From positions 1 through 64,000 of the forward strand of contig CAMTVO010000001.1 in the NCBI GenBank assembly GCA_947085205.1: DNA of 64,000 nucleotides, written 5' to 3'. The notes beneath the pieces were generated by a model, which saw only the letters and a list, made by a program, of their open reading frames with translations, had not been told where the DNA came from and did no database searches. The stretch is from an uncultured Nitrospiraceae bacterium (lineage in GTDB: Bacteria; Nitrospirota; Thermodesulfovibrionia; Thermodesulfovibrionales; Dissulfurispiraceae). The position numbers and the translations under genes were made by a program. The stretch's first letter is position 1. The number at the start of each line of letters is the position of its first letter. This document shows, one piece after another, positions 1-8,569 of the stretch.

Positions 1-104
1 AAACGGGAATCCAGACTTGTCCCCGCAAAAGCGGGGAACTATACAAAGGAATTAGGTTCCCGTTTTCACGGGAAACCCTGGATTCCCACTTTCGTGGGAA
101 TGAC
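1..104. repeat. REP/dRS3-like nested palindromic element (partial at window edge)
   Basis: Successive short palindromes CCCCGC-aaaa-GCGGGG, TTCCCG-ttttca-CGGGAA and ATTCCC-actttcgt-GGGAATGAC. Confidence 0.6.
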
Positions 105-149
105 AAACTCTTCTCTTTTTATGACTTTTGCAAGAGCCTCTATTTGCAA

Positions 150-1040
150 ATGAAAGGAAATCTAAAAAGAAAAATAAAAGAGGGCGCTATAGAGGCAACC
201 CTGTTTTTAGCAGCCATCTCTTCTGTATTTATAACCATTAGTATTGTTGTTGTTTTATCCTACGAGTCTTTTGGATTTTTTAAGGCAGTACCCATAAAGG
301 AGTTCCTTACAGGAACTCAATGGATGCCCCTTTTTGCAGAGCCGAAATTCGGCATCCTGCCACTTGTCGCCGGCACACTTTTAACCACATTTATAGCATT
401 GATGGTGGCATTGCCTCTTGGTCTCATAGCAGCCATTTATCTCAGCGAATACGCGCCGCACAGGTTCAGAGAAACGGTAAAGCCCATCCTTGAGCTTCTT
501 GCCGCTGTCCCTACGGTTATTTATGGATATTTTGCGCTCCTCTTCCTTACTCCACATCTTCAAAAGATTATACCCGACCTCTCCGGATTCAATGCATTAG
601 GTCCGGGAATAATAATGGGTATAATGATAATCCCCTATGTTAGTTCGGTAAGCGAAGATTCCATGAAGGCCGTACCCATGCAGATAAGGGAAGGCTCTTA
701 TGCTATGGGCGCAACAAAGTTTCAAACAGCTCTTAAAGTAATAATACCCTCTGCATTCTCAGGCATTGCAGCAGCCTTCATAATGGGAATATCGAGGGCG
801 ATAGGAGAGACGATGGTCGTGGCAATAGCGGCCGGCATGATGCCGAACTTTACCGCAAACCCTCTTGAACCAATACAGACATTGACATCCTACATTGTTC
901 AGGTAAGCCTCGGCGATGTGCCGCATGGAACCATAGAATACAAGACCATATTCGCTGCAGGCATTGTACTCTTTTTAATGACATTGATTTTGAATATAAT
1001 AGGATTCTGGTTGAGAAAAAGGATAAGGGAAGCGTATTAG
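150..1040 (+). CDS. pstC: Phosphate ABC transporter permease PstC
   Basis: Membrane protein with FGILPLVAGT and SRAIGETM motifs; followed by pstA, pstB, phoU. Confidence 0.95.
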   Translation: MKGNLKRKIKEGAIEATLFLAAISSVFITISIVVVLSYESFGFFKAVPIKEFLTGTQWMPLFAEPKFGILPLVAGTLLTTFIALMVALPLGLIAAIYLSEYAPHRFRETVKPILELLAAVPTVIYGYFALLFLTPHLQKIIPDLSGFNALGPGIIMGIMIIPYVSSVSEDSMKAVPMQIREGSYAMGATKFQTALKVIIPSAFSGIAAAFIMGISRAIGETMVVAIAAGMMPNFTANPLEPIQTLTSYIVQVSLGDVPHGTIEYKTIFAAGIVLFLMTLILNIIGFWLRKRIREAY

Positions 1041-1270
1041 TGCGACATAGTGCGACAGTTAATAGAGCGACAGAGCAACATCAGTGCTACAGTTAATAGA
1101 GCGACAGAGCAACATCAGTGCTACAGTTAATAGAGCGACAGAACGACAGTTTTTTATAAGGAATAAATTTTTCCATAATTTAACTGTCGCACTGCCGAAC
1201 TATCGCACTAATTAACTAATTAAAAACTGTCGCACTATCGCACTGTCGCACTAATTAACTATCGACACTA
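1041..1270. repeat. GCGACAG/CTGTCGC imperfect inverted-repeat element, copy 1 (internal 34-bp tandem unit)
   Basis: Near-identical core recurs at 12821-12940 (reverse) and 27601-27740. Confidence 0.9.
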
Positions 1271-1275
1271 TTTTT

Positions 1276-2184
1276 ATGGAAGATATTAAAAAAAGAATAA
1301 GGATTACCAAGTTTTTGGATTACATCTTTGCGATTGTGGGACTTTTATCCACCCTTGTGGGGCTTGTCCTTTTGTTTACCCTTTTTATTGACCTGTTTAT
1401 AGACGGCGCGCCGAGATTGAGCTACAAGTTCATGGCATCCTTTCCATCAAGGTTTCCTGAAGAGGCGGGGATACTCTCTGCATGGGTGGGGACATTCCTT
1501 GTTATGCTCGTCACCGCGTTCGCTGCAATTCCACTCGGCATAGCAGCAGGCATATATCTTGAGGAGTATGCAAAGAAGAACTGGCTGACGAATATCATAG
1601 AGATTAATATCTCTAACCTCGCAGGTGTCCCTTCCATAGTCTATGGACTCCTTGCGCTCGGTTTATTCGTCTATTTCTTCAAATTCGGCGAGAGCATACT
1701 TACAGGAGGGCTTACTTTAGCGCTTCTAATACTTCCAATGGTAATAATAGCCACAAGGGAGGCGATAAGGGCGATTCCGAATTCGATACGAGAGGCTTCT
1801 TATGCACTGGGCGCTACGAAATGGCAGACTGTCCAATGGCATATTATACCGTATTCTACCGGAGGAATCCTGACAGGAATAATAATCGGACTTTCGAGGG
1901 CAATCGGAGAGACAGCGCCGATAATAACTGTAGGCGCATTGACATTCATAGCCTTTTTGCCCTCATCACCCATTACGTCGGAATTCCCTTTCATGTCCTT
2001 TAAATGGCTTTCAGACCCCTTTACTGTTATGCCTATACAGATGTTCAACTGGGTATCGAGACCTCAGGCAGGGTTCCATGTCAATGCAGCCGCAGCGGGT
2101 ATAATACTCTTGTTAATGACATTGCTTATGAACGGCTTTGCAATTTATATCAGATATAAATTCAGGAAGAGGATAAAGTGGTAA
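1276..2184 (+). CDS. pstA: Phosphate ABC transporter permease PstA
   Basis: NLAGVPSIVYGLL and SRAIGETAP motifs. Confidence 0.95.
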   Translation: MEDIKKRIRITKFLDYIFAIVGLLSTLVGLVLLFTLFIDLFIDGAPRLSYKFMASFPSRFPEEAGILSAWVGTFLVMLVTAFAAIPLGIAAGIYLEEYAKKNWLTNIIEINISNLAGVPSIVYGLLALGLFVYFFKFGESILTGGLTLALLILPMVIIATREAIRAIPNSIREASYALGATKWQTVQWHIIPYSTGGILTGIIIGLSRAIGETAPIITVGALTFIAFLPSSPITSEFPFMSFKWLSDPFTVMPIQMFNWVSRPQAGFHVNAAAAGIILLLMTLLMNGFAIYIRYKFRKRIKW

Positions 2185-2236
2185 TAAAGACAGTGAATAG
2201 TGATTGGTGGATAGTGAATAGTTAAAGAGGAATAAA

Positions 2237-3004
2237 ATGTCTAATAATCTGAAATCAGAATCCAGAAAACTCAACTTTTTCTACGGCAATGTGCATGCAC
2301 TGAAAAATGTCAGTATGCCCATAGAACTGAACAAGGTCACAGCCCTTATAGGACCTTCCGGCTGCGGAAAGACTACATACCTCAGATGCTTTAACAGAAT
2401 GCATGACCTTTATCCGCACAACAGATACGAGGGAGAGATAATACTATATCCTGATAACATCAATATCATCTCATCCGGCATAGACCCTATCGAGGTAAGG
2501 ATGCGGATAAGCATGGTATTTCAGAAGCCTAATCCATTCCCTAAATCTATATATGAAAACGTTGCCTATGGCCTCAGGGTAAGAGGCGTCAATAACAGAA
2601 AGATATTAGCGGAGAAGGTCGAAAAATCCTTAAGAGGAGCGGCATTATGGGACGAGATAAAGGACAGGCTCGATAAGCCTGCCTTTGACCTCTCGGGCGG
2701 ACAGCAGCAGAGGCTCTGTATTGCAAGGGCGCTCGCAACCGACCCCGAAATACTCCTTTTCGACGAACCGACTTCAGCCCTTGATCCCATAGCGACTTCA
2801 AAGATCGAAGAACTTATAATAGAATTAAAGAAAAAGGTCACCATACTCATTGTCACTCACAACATGCAGCAAGCTGCAAGGATATCTGACTGGACCGGAT
2901 TTATGATGTTAGGTGAGTTGATTGAGTTTGACAGAACTGATAAGATTTTCACAGCCCCCTCTGAAAAGCTTACAGAGGATTATATTACAGGGAGGTTTGG
3001 ATAA
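2237..3004 (+). CDS. pstB: Phosphate ABC transporter ATPase PstB
   Basis: [46 protein letters not shown]. Confidence 0.97.
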   Translation: MSNNLKSESRKLNFFYGNVHALKNVSMPIELNKVTALIGPSGCGKTTYLRCFNRMHDLYPHNRYEGEIILYPDNINIISSGIDPIEVRMRISMVFQKPNPFPKSIYENVAYGLRVRGVNNRKILAEKVEKSLRGAALWDEIKDRLDKPAFDLSGGQQQRLCIARALATDPEILLFDEPTSALDPIATSKIEELIIELKKKVTILIVTHNMQQAARISDWTGFMMLGELIEFDRTDKIFTAPSEKLTEDYITGRFG

Positions 3005-3666
3005 TGGCTATCTTTGACGAAGAGTTAATGCGTCTAAAGGAAATGATTCTTAAAATGGGCGCAATGGTTGAGAGTTCTATAAAAGACTCTGTAAAAGCCC
3101 TTGTAGAAAGAAATGACGGGATGGCCAAGACTGTCATAGAAAAGGACCATCAGATAAATGCCCTTGATGTGCAGATAGACGAAGAGTGTATAAGACTTAT
3201 TGCATTAATGCAGCCAAAGGCAGGAGACTTGAGATTTATAACAACAGCCATGAAGATAACCACAGACCTTGAAAGAATGGGTGACATGGCTGTTAATATA
3301 GCTGGAAGGGCATTGGAACTCAATAAAGAGCCGATACTAAAACCTTACATCGACATCCCCCATATGAGCCAGATATCGCAGGGAATGACAAGGGATGCCC
3401 TCGATGCCCTCGTGAACAGGGACAAAAAGTTAGCCATGGATGTGATAATGAGGGATGATGAGGTGGATGACCTTAAATATGGGATTTTTGAGGAGTTGAT
3501 CTCTTATATGGTAAGGGATCCGAATACTGTATCGAGGGCAATGAAGATAAGCTTTGTTGCTCAATATCTGGAGAGAATTGCAGACCATGCCACAAATATT
3601 GCCGAGATGGTCATTTATCTTGTGGAAGGAAAGATTATAAGGCATATGGCGTTGCCGGAGGAATAA
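3004..3666 (+). CDS. phoU: Phosphate signalling protein PhoU
   Basis: DLERMGD and LERIADHATNIAE motifs; operon position. Confidence 0.95.
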   Translation: MAIFDEELMRLKEMILKMGAMVESSIKDSVKALVERNDGMAKTVIEKDHQINALDVQIDEECIRLIALMQPKAGDLRFITTAMKITTDLERMGDMAVNIAGRALELNKEPILKPYIDIPHMSQISQGMTRDALDALVNRDKKLAMDVIMRDDEVDDLKYGIFEELISYMVRDPNTVSRAMKISFVAQYLERIADHATNIAEMVIYLVEGKIIRHMALPEE

Positions 3667-3750
3667 TGCTCAGATATTTTCTAAGATAACCCCTCGCTAT
3701 TTCAGCCAGAGGTGTGATTTGATCGGCTGCGCCCAATTCTACCGCATATT

Positions 3751-4209
3751 TTACTTTTCCCTCTTCTTGGTAAAATCAACCTGTATGACATGCCCTGTCC
3801 GAGACCTGTCCTTTGAAACTTTCACGCCTTCTTTATGTTCGGACTTTTTTTCCTCCTTCATGCCGCTTAAAGCGGGCTGCTGCGCGGTTGCTGCTGGAGG
3901 TTGAGGAGATGTAACGAACTGGGCATTGAGTTCAGGAGAATATACAGCCATGATGTCTTCAACAGGGATAAAGCATTTCTGTGGAGAAGTGCCGAAAACA
4001 AGGGCCGCGGTAATGCCGTAATCGTCCCACATAAAATTCATCTTTGAGTTAAACACGAGGATAATGCCGTTTTCCTTTTCCTCTGCTGTAAAACCTCGGT
4101 TTCCCAGAATCACATTGTCGGACTGCCTGACGAGGACAAATGCCCTTCCTGCGAGATTTAAGAATTCAAAAAATATATGTTTTTTTAGACTGTTAAGGCC
4201 TTCATCCAT
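3751..4209 (-). CDS. SspB-like ClpXP adaptor protein
   Basis: Conserved-looking N-terminal domain, low-complexity linker and C-terminal VIQVDFTKK tail resembling SspB family. Confidence 0.55.
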   Translation of the reverse strand: MDEGLNSLKKHIFFEFLNLAGRAFVLVRQSDNVILGNRGFTAEEKENGIILVFNSKMNFMWDDYGITAALVFGTSPQKCFIPVEDIMAVYSPELNAQFVTSPQPPAATAQQPALSGMKEEKKSEHKEGVKVSKDRSRTGHVIQVDFTKKREK

Positions 4210-4266
4210 TCCTGTTCCCCTTGACAAAACAAGACTACTTAAAAGTATACCATATGAAGGACTTTA

Positions 4267-5106
4267 TCACTGCTGTCTTTTCTTTCTCATATAAATAATC
4301 CAAAGGCCGAGACATATCATTGATGCGCTTAATATCTGTCCCATTGTGAATATGCCTAAAATAGAGCCAACCTGCACATCGGGCTCTCTGAAGAATTCGA
4401 CAAAAAATCTGAATGCGCCGTAGAGGATGAGAAAAATTGATAAAAGAATGCCTGTCCTGAAGCCTTTATCTTTCAATAGCCAGAGGACTGTGAAAAGCGC
4501 AACGCCCTCTAAAAAAAACTCATAAAGCTGTGACGGATGTCTCGGCAGCGGACCCCCTGTAGGAAAAACCATTGCCCATGGAACATCTGTAACCCTTCCG
4601 TAAAGCTCGCTGTTTAGAAAATTTCCGATCCTTCCAAGCCCTATTCCTATAGGCGCAGTGATGATAACAAGATCTGTTGTCTGCCAGAAGTCTATCCTGA
4701 ATTTATTACAGAAAAAAATGCCTGCAATGATGCTCCCGACCAATCCTCCATGAAAGGACATGCCTCCGTGCCATACTGCAAATATTTCGATGGGATGTTG
4801 GATGTAGTATGAGAGGTTGTAAAAAATCACATAGCCAAGCCTTGCGCCTATTAAAAGACCTAATATTAAATGAGAATAGAGGGAATCAACATAGGCTATA
4901 GGCAATGGTCTATAGGCAATAGGCGAAGTCCCCTGATTTTTTAACTTCTGACTTTTGACTGCTGACTGCTGACTGCTTTTCTTTATCTGATACTTGACCA
5001 GAAGATATGATGACGCAAAGCCGATGATATACATCATCCCGTACCACCTTACAGCAAGCGGCCCGATTTTTACGATTTCAGGATTTATATCCGGATAAGG
5101 AATCAT
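4267..5106 (-). CDS. lgt: Prolipoprotein diacylglyceryl transferase, with an in-frame repeat insertion
   Basis: RWYG, GARLGY, GGMSFHGG, RHPSQLYE, RFFVEFFREPD. Confidence 0.96.
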   Translation of the reverse strand: MIPYPDINPEIVKIGPLAVRWYGMMYIIGFASSYLLVKYQIKKSSQQSAVKSQKLKNQGTSPIAYRPLPIAYVDSLYSHLILGLLIGARLGYVIFYNLSYYIQHPIEIFAVWHGGMSFHGGLVGSIIAGIFFCNKFRIDFWQTTDLVIITAPIGIGLGRIGNFLNSELYGRVTDVPWAMVFPTGGPLPRHPSQLYEFFLEGVALFTVLWLLKDKGFRTGILLSIFLILYGAFRFFVEFFREPDVQVGSILGIFTMGQILSASMICLGLWIIYMRKKRQQ

Positions 5107-5155
5107 TCATGCCCCCACGATTTTGACTGAACTTTTTTATTATAACTTAAACAAA

Positions 5156-5190
5156 ATAAAAGGGACTGATGAGAAATCAGTCCCTTTTAT
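5156..5190. terminator. Intrinsic terminator (potentially bidirectional) after the cytochrome gene
   Basis: ATAAAAGGGACTGAT-gagaa-ATCAGTCCCTTTTAT perfect hairpin with A/T tails. Confidence 0.85.
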
Positions 5191-5209
5191 GCTTTTGAAT
5201 TATTACAGG

Positions 5210-7006
5210 CTACTTATGGTAAGCCTCTCTAGCCTTAATTGCATTCTCGTATCCACTACGCTCTTTTTCGTATACTGCCTTTTTCTTAATAGGCGGAATA
5301 GAGAAATCACCCTTCACCTCCCACTTATCCTTCAGATAATACCAGGGTGCAAAACTGGAGAGTTTCCAGCCTTCTTTGACTTTTATATCTGCAGCAGCGT
5401 GCATGTCTCTAATGAATAGGCCATCTTTATTAGCTATTACAGTGTGTTTGCCATTAAAGGGATCCGCTCCCGGATCCGTATATCTCCACGAAACCTCCTG
5501 TCTCTGCTCCCCATCCTTTGTGTGGCAGCTTTCACAGCTTCTTGATTTTCCATATTTGTGGGATACCTTATCCATCTGTATCCAGGCAAGGACATTGTCA
5601 TTTTCAGGCATTCCGCTCAGGAGGCCGACAAAGGCGTAAGCATCATCAGTTCTTTCGAGGTACGGAAGATTTACAGGGAATCTCCATGCAAGACCTGGTT
5701 TTAATTCTCCGGCAGTCTTCTGGTTCATAACAGCCATTGCATATGGTTTAACAGGTATCCACTTCCCCTTCTGACTCCTAATAAGCACTGGTTCTTTCAT
5801 AACCCCATAATAACCGAGATATTTCCTGAATGGTGTATCAACTCCTGCCACCTTACCAGGTCCCCAGAAAGTGCCGGCATACCCACTAACATTCTGGATA
5901 TGGCATGACTCACAGGAAACATTTTTATGAACAGACCTTTTTACATGCTTTACTGCCTTTTCATGGCATTTAGAACAGTCAACCTGCCTCTTTATCTCTC
6001 CGTGGAGGAGTTTTTTGTTTGTCCTTTGTGTTTCATGGCAGTCTGTACAGAGAAGACCTTTCGTATAATGTACATCAGGCGTCGCACCTTCCGGCTTGGA
6101 ATAATCACCTCCTATATAACCGGCGCCTCTCCTTCTATCCATAGGGCCTGCATGACAGATAGAGCCCCTTCCGCCGCCATAACAGGACTGCGGAGATACC
6201 TTCTTTGCAAAAGTGTGTGGGCCCAATGCAGGGTCGTTGGAGTCCTTTTTCTTAGGGCTATAGTGACAGTCAAGACAACCCACATGACACCTGTTGCAAT
6301 GTTTCTGGTTTATGGCATTCATATCCGGTGTAAAGGGCACAGTGGTATTTTTTGCAATAGCCTCGTAGTTTTCTCCAAACCATGGTCCGCAGTTATGAGG
6401 CCCCATCTTTTTATCTGCCCATTCTTTATATAAACGCTGTTTTGTGTTATTTCCCATCGCTGTTTTTCTGAATTCCTCTACCTGTTTGGGATGACAGGTG
6501 CCGCAGGTCTTTTCAGAAATCGAGTGGTCCCATTCAAGGGTCTCTCTCTTTTTGTCATGGAAGAGTATCACATTTGCATCAGGGTCTTTAACGAGTTTTC
6601 CTTCCTTTTCAATCATGGGCATCAGTTCATCCATCATATTCTTTCCACGAGGCTCCAATGATTCAGGCCTGTATTTTTCGAGTTTATCCCTCGTCAATGC
6701 CTGAAATCCCTTTGTCCTCACATAATAGAGTCTGAGCATATCTTTATGGGCACCTTCTTTTGTGCTGTTTTTTGGATTGCCGAGATGACAATCTGTGCAT
6801 GATGCAGGCATCGTTGTCTGCTTTTCCATCTCTTGTTGTGTCACTACAAATTGGGGGAACCCCATCTCCTTCATCTTTGCGGCGTTACTATGACATTCAA
6901 GACAGCTATTGACTTCCTGAAATTTCTGCTGGGCAGTGGACTTATTGCCGGCTATGAGTAAAACTATGAAACCAAGTGTCAGTGCAAATACTACTCTCTT
7001 TTTCAT
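5210..7006 (-). CDS. Exported multiheme c-type cytochrome (9 CxxCH plus one CX8CH)
   Basis: Signal peptide; CLECH, CTDCH, CGTCH, CNRCH, CLDCH, CTDCH, CSKCH, CESCH, CESCH and CYGGGRGSICH. Confidence 0.9.
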   Translation of the reverse strand: MKKRVVFALTLGFIVLLIAGNKSTAQQKFQEVNSCLECHSNAAKMKEMGFPQFVVTQQEMEKQTTMPASCTDCHLGNPKNSTKEGAHKDMLRLYYVRTKGFQALTRDKLEKYRPESLEPRGKNMMDELMPMIEKEGKLVKDPDANVILFHDKKRETLEWDHSISEKTCGTCHPKQVEEFRKTAMGNNTKQRLYKEWADKKMGPHNCGPWFGENYEAIAKNTTVPFTPDMNAINQKHCNRCHVGCLDCHYSPKKKDSNDPALGPHTFAKKVSPQSCYGGGRGSICHAGPMDRRRGAGYIGGDYSKPEGATPDVHYTKGLLCTDCHETQRTNKKLLHGEIKRQVDCSKCHEKAVKHVKRSVHKNVSCESCHIQNVSGYAGTFWGPGKVAGVDTPFRKYLGYYGVMKEPVLIRSQKGKWIPVKPYAMAVMNQKTAGELKPGLAWRFPVNLPYLERTDDAYAFVGLLSGMPENDNVLAWIQMDKVSHKYGKSRSCESCHTKDGEQRQEVSWRYTDPGADPFNGKHTVIANKDGLFIRDMHAAADIKVKEGWKLSSFAPWYYLKDKWEVKGDFSIPPIKKKAVYEKERSGYENAIKAREAYHK

Positions 7007-7058
7007 CGTTACCCTCCTTCATTTATCTAAATTGCGTTTACTTGATTATCAGATGAGT

Positions 7059-7075
7059 AGCAATTAAAATGCCAG
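7059..7075 (-). promoter_or_regulatory. Sigma54 (-24/-12) promoter of the cytochrome gene
   Basis: Minus strand CTGGCATTTTAATTGCT gives GG-N10-GC; adjacent to a sigma54 activator gene. Confidence 0.8.
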
Positions 7076-7127
7076 TTTTAAAATGCATTATTTACAATGG
7101 GTTAAATAATGGATGAAAATCCGGCAG

Positions 7128-7207
7128 GTGCAAAATGCAATTCCAAATTGTTCAAAACAGTGATTTTAAAGGATTGCAGGATGCAATTGAGATTGCAATT
7201 TGCAATC
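7128..7207. promoter_or_regulatory. Candidate enhancer (UAS) sites, three TGCA-N3-TGCA palindromes
   Basis: GTGCAAAATGCAA, ATTGCAGGATGCAAT and GATTGCAATTTGCAATC upstream of the sigma54 promoter. Confidence 0.6.
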
Positions 7208-7219
7208 CTTATTCGCTAT

Positions 7220-8569
7220 TCACTCTATACCGTATCTCTTTGCCTTTCTCCAGAGGGTCGTTTTATCTATACCGAGTAATTCTGCTGCCTTTGCCCTGTC
7301 GCTGCCTGTTTCCCTCAGAACATAAAGAATTTGCATCTTTTCTATTTCTCTCAGTGTGGGTATCTTTCTTTTTATCTCCTTCATCTCATCCTTTTTAAAG
7401 ATGTAGTCAGGCAGGTCAGCCATTGTTATCACATCACCCTCCATGAGGTTTATAGCCCTTTCTATTACATTTTCCAACTCCCTCACATTACCCTTCCAGC
7501 TATATTGCAAGAGGTAATTAAGGGCATCCTCTGTTATGCCTTTTACTGACCTTCCATAATAGTTATTGAATTTCTTTATAAAATATTCAACCAAAAGGGG
7601 GATGTCCTCTTTCCTCTCCCTCAGCGGAGGTAATGAAATGGTGACCACATTCAGCCTGTGAAAAAGGTCTTCCCTGAATTCCCCCCCTTCCATCAGTCTT
7701 TCGATGTCCTGATTTGTTGCACAGATAAACCTTACATCTACTGATATTTCCCTCGTGCCTCCCACCCTGTAAAAGCTTCTCTCCTGAATTACCCTCAGGA
7801 GTTTTATCTGCATTGCCTCGCTTATGTTTCCAATCTCATCGAGAAAGAGTGTCCCCCCATTTGCTGCCTCTAAAAGCCCACTCTTCTGTGTAACTGCCCC
7901 TGTAAATGCGCCCTTTTCGTGTCCGAAGAGTTCATTTTCAAGGAGGGCGTCTGCTACTGCTCCGCAGTTTACTGCAATAAACCTATTCCTCCTCCTCGGC
8001 CCATTGAAATGGATAGCCCTCGCTATCAGTTCCTTTCCTGTTCCGCTTTCACCCAGAATTATCACATTTGACCTGAACCGTGCCACCTTTTTAACAATCT
8101 CAAAAACCTGCAACATCCCGGGATGATGTCCAACAATACTTTCAAAGCCGAATCTCTCTGACAGTTCCTCTTTAAGCATCCTGTTTTCATCAATGAGCCT
8201 TTTATTCTCCAGTGCCCTTTCGATGATAAGAAGCAATTCATCGTGGTCTATCGGTTTGCGCACATAATCATAGGCGCCTGATTTCATGGCCTCTACCGCA
8301 CTTTCCACAGAGGAAAAGCCTGTAATCATAACAACAGGCACATCAGGATATATTTTTTTACTTTCCTTTAATATGGTCATGCCGTCAACATCGGGCATCT
8401 TAAGGTCTGTAATCAAAAGGTCATATTTCTCACTGCTGATTTTCTGTATGGCTTCTGAACCGCTTCTGATAATTTCGTATCCACAGCCATATCTGGCAAG
8501 TATCCTGTTGACAATGGAGCATGTGACGGGGTCGTCATCTATTGCAATTATTTTTATATCCTCATGCAT
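7220..8569 (-). CDS. Sigma54-dependent response regulator (NtrC/AtoC family)
   Basis: Receiver domain, GESGTGKE, GAFTGA, C-terminal Fis-type HTH. Confidence 0.95.
   Translation of the reverse strand: MHEDIKIIAIDDDPVTCSIVNRILARYGCGYEIIRSGSEAIQKISSEKYDLLITDLKMPDVDGMTILKESKKIYPDVPVVMITGFSSVESAVEAMKSGAYDYVRKPIDHDELLLIIERALENKRLIDENRMLKEELSERFGFESIVGHHPGMLQVFEIVKKVARFRSNVIILGESGTGKELIARAIHFNGPRRRNRFIAVNCGAVADALLENELFGHEKGAFTGAVTQKSGLLEAANGGTLFLDEIGNISEAMQIKLLRVIQERSFYRVGGTREISVDVRFICATNQDIERLMEGGEFREDLFHRLNVVTISLPPLRERKEDIPLLVEYFIKKFNNYYGRSVKGITEDALNYLLQYSWKGNVRELENVIERAINLMEGDVITMADLPDYIFKKDEMKEIKRKIPTLREIEKMQILYVLRETGSDRAKAAELLGIDKTTLWRKAKRYGIE

Noticed and set aside
1055..1142. 34-bp periodic repeat resembling a mini CRISPR array
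   Set aside because: The intervening sequences are identical (pure tandem repeat), the unit is part of a dispersed element, and no cas genes are present.
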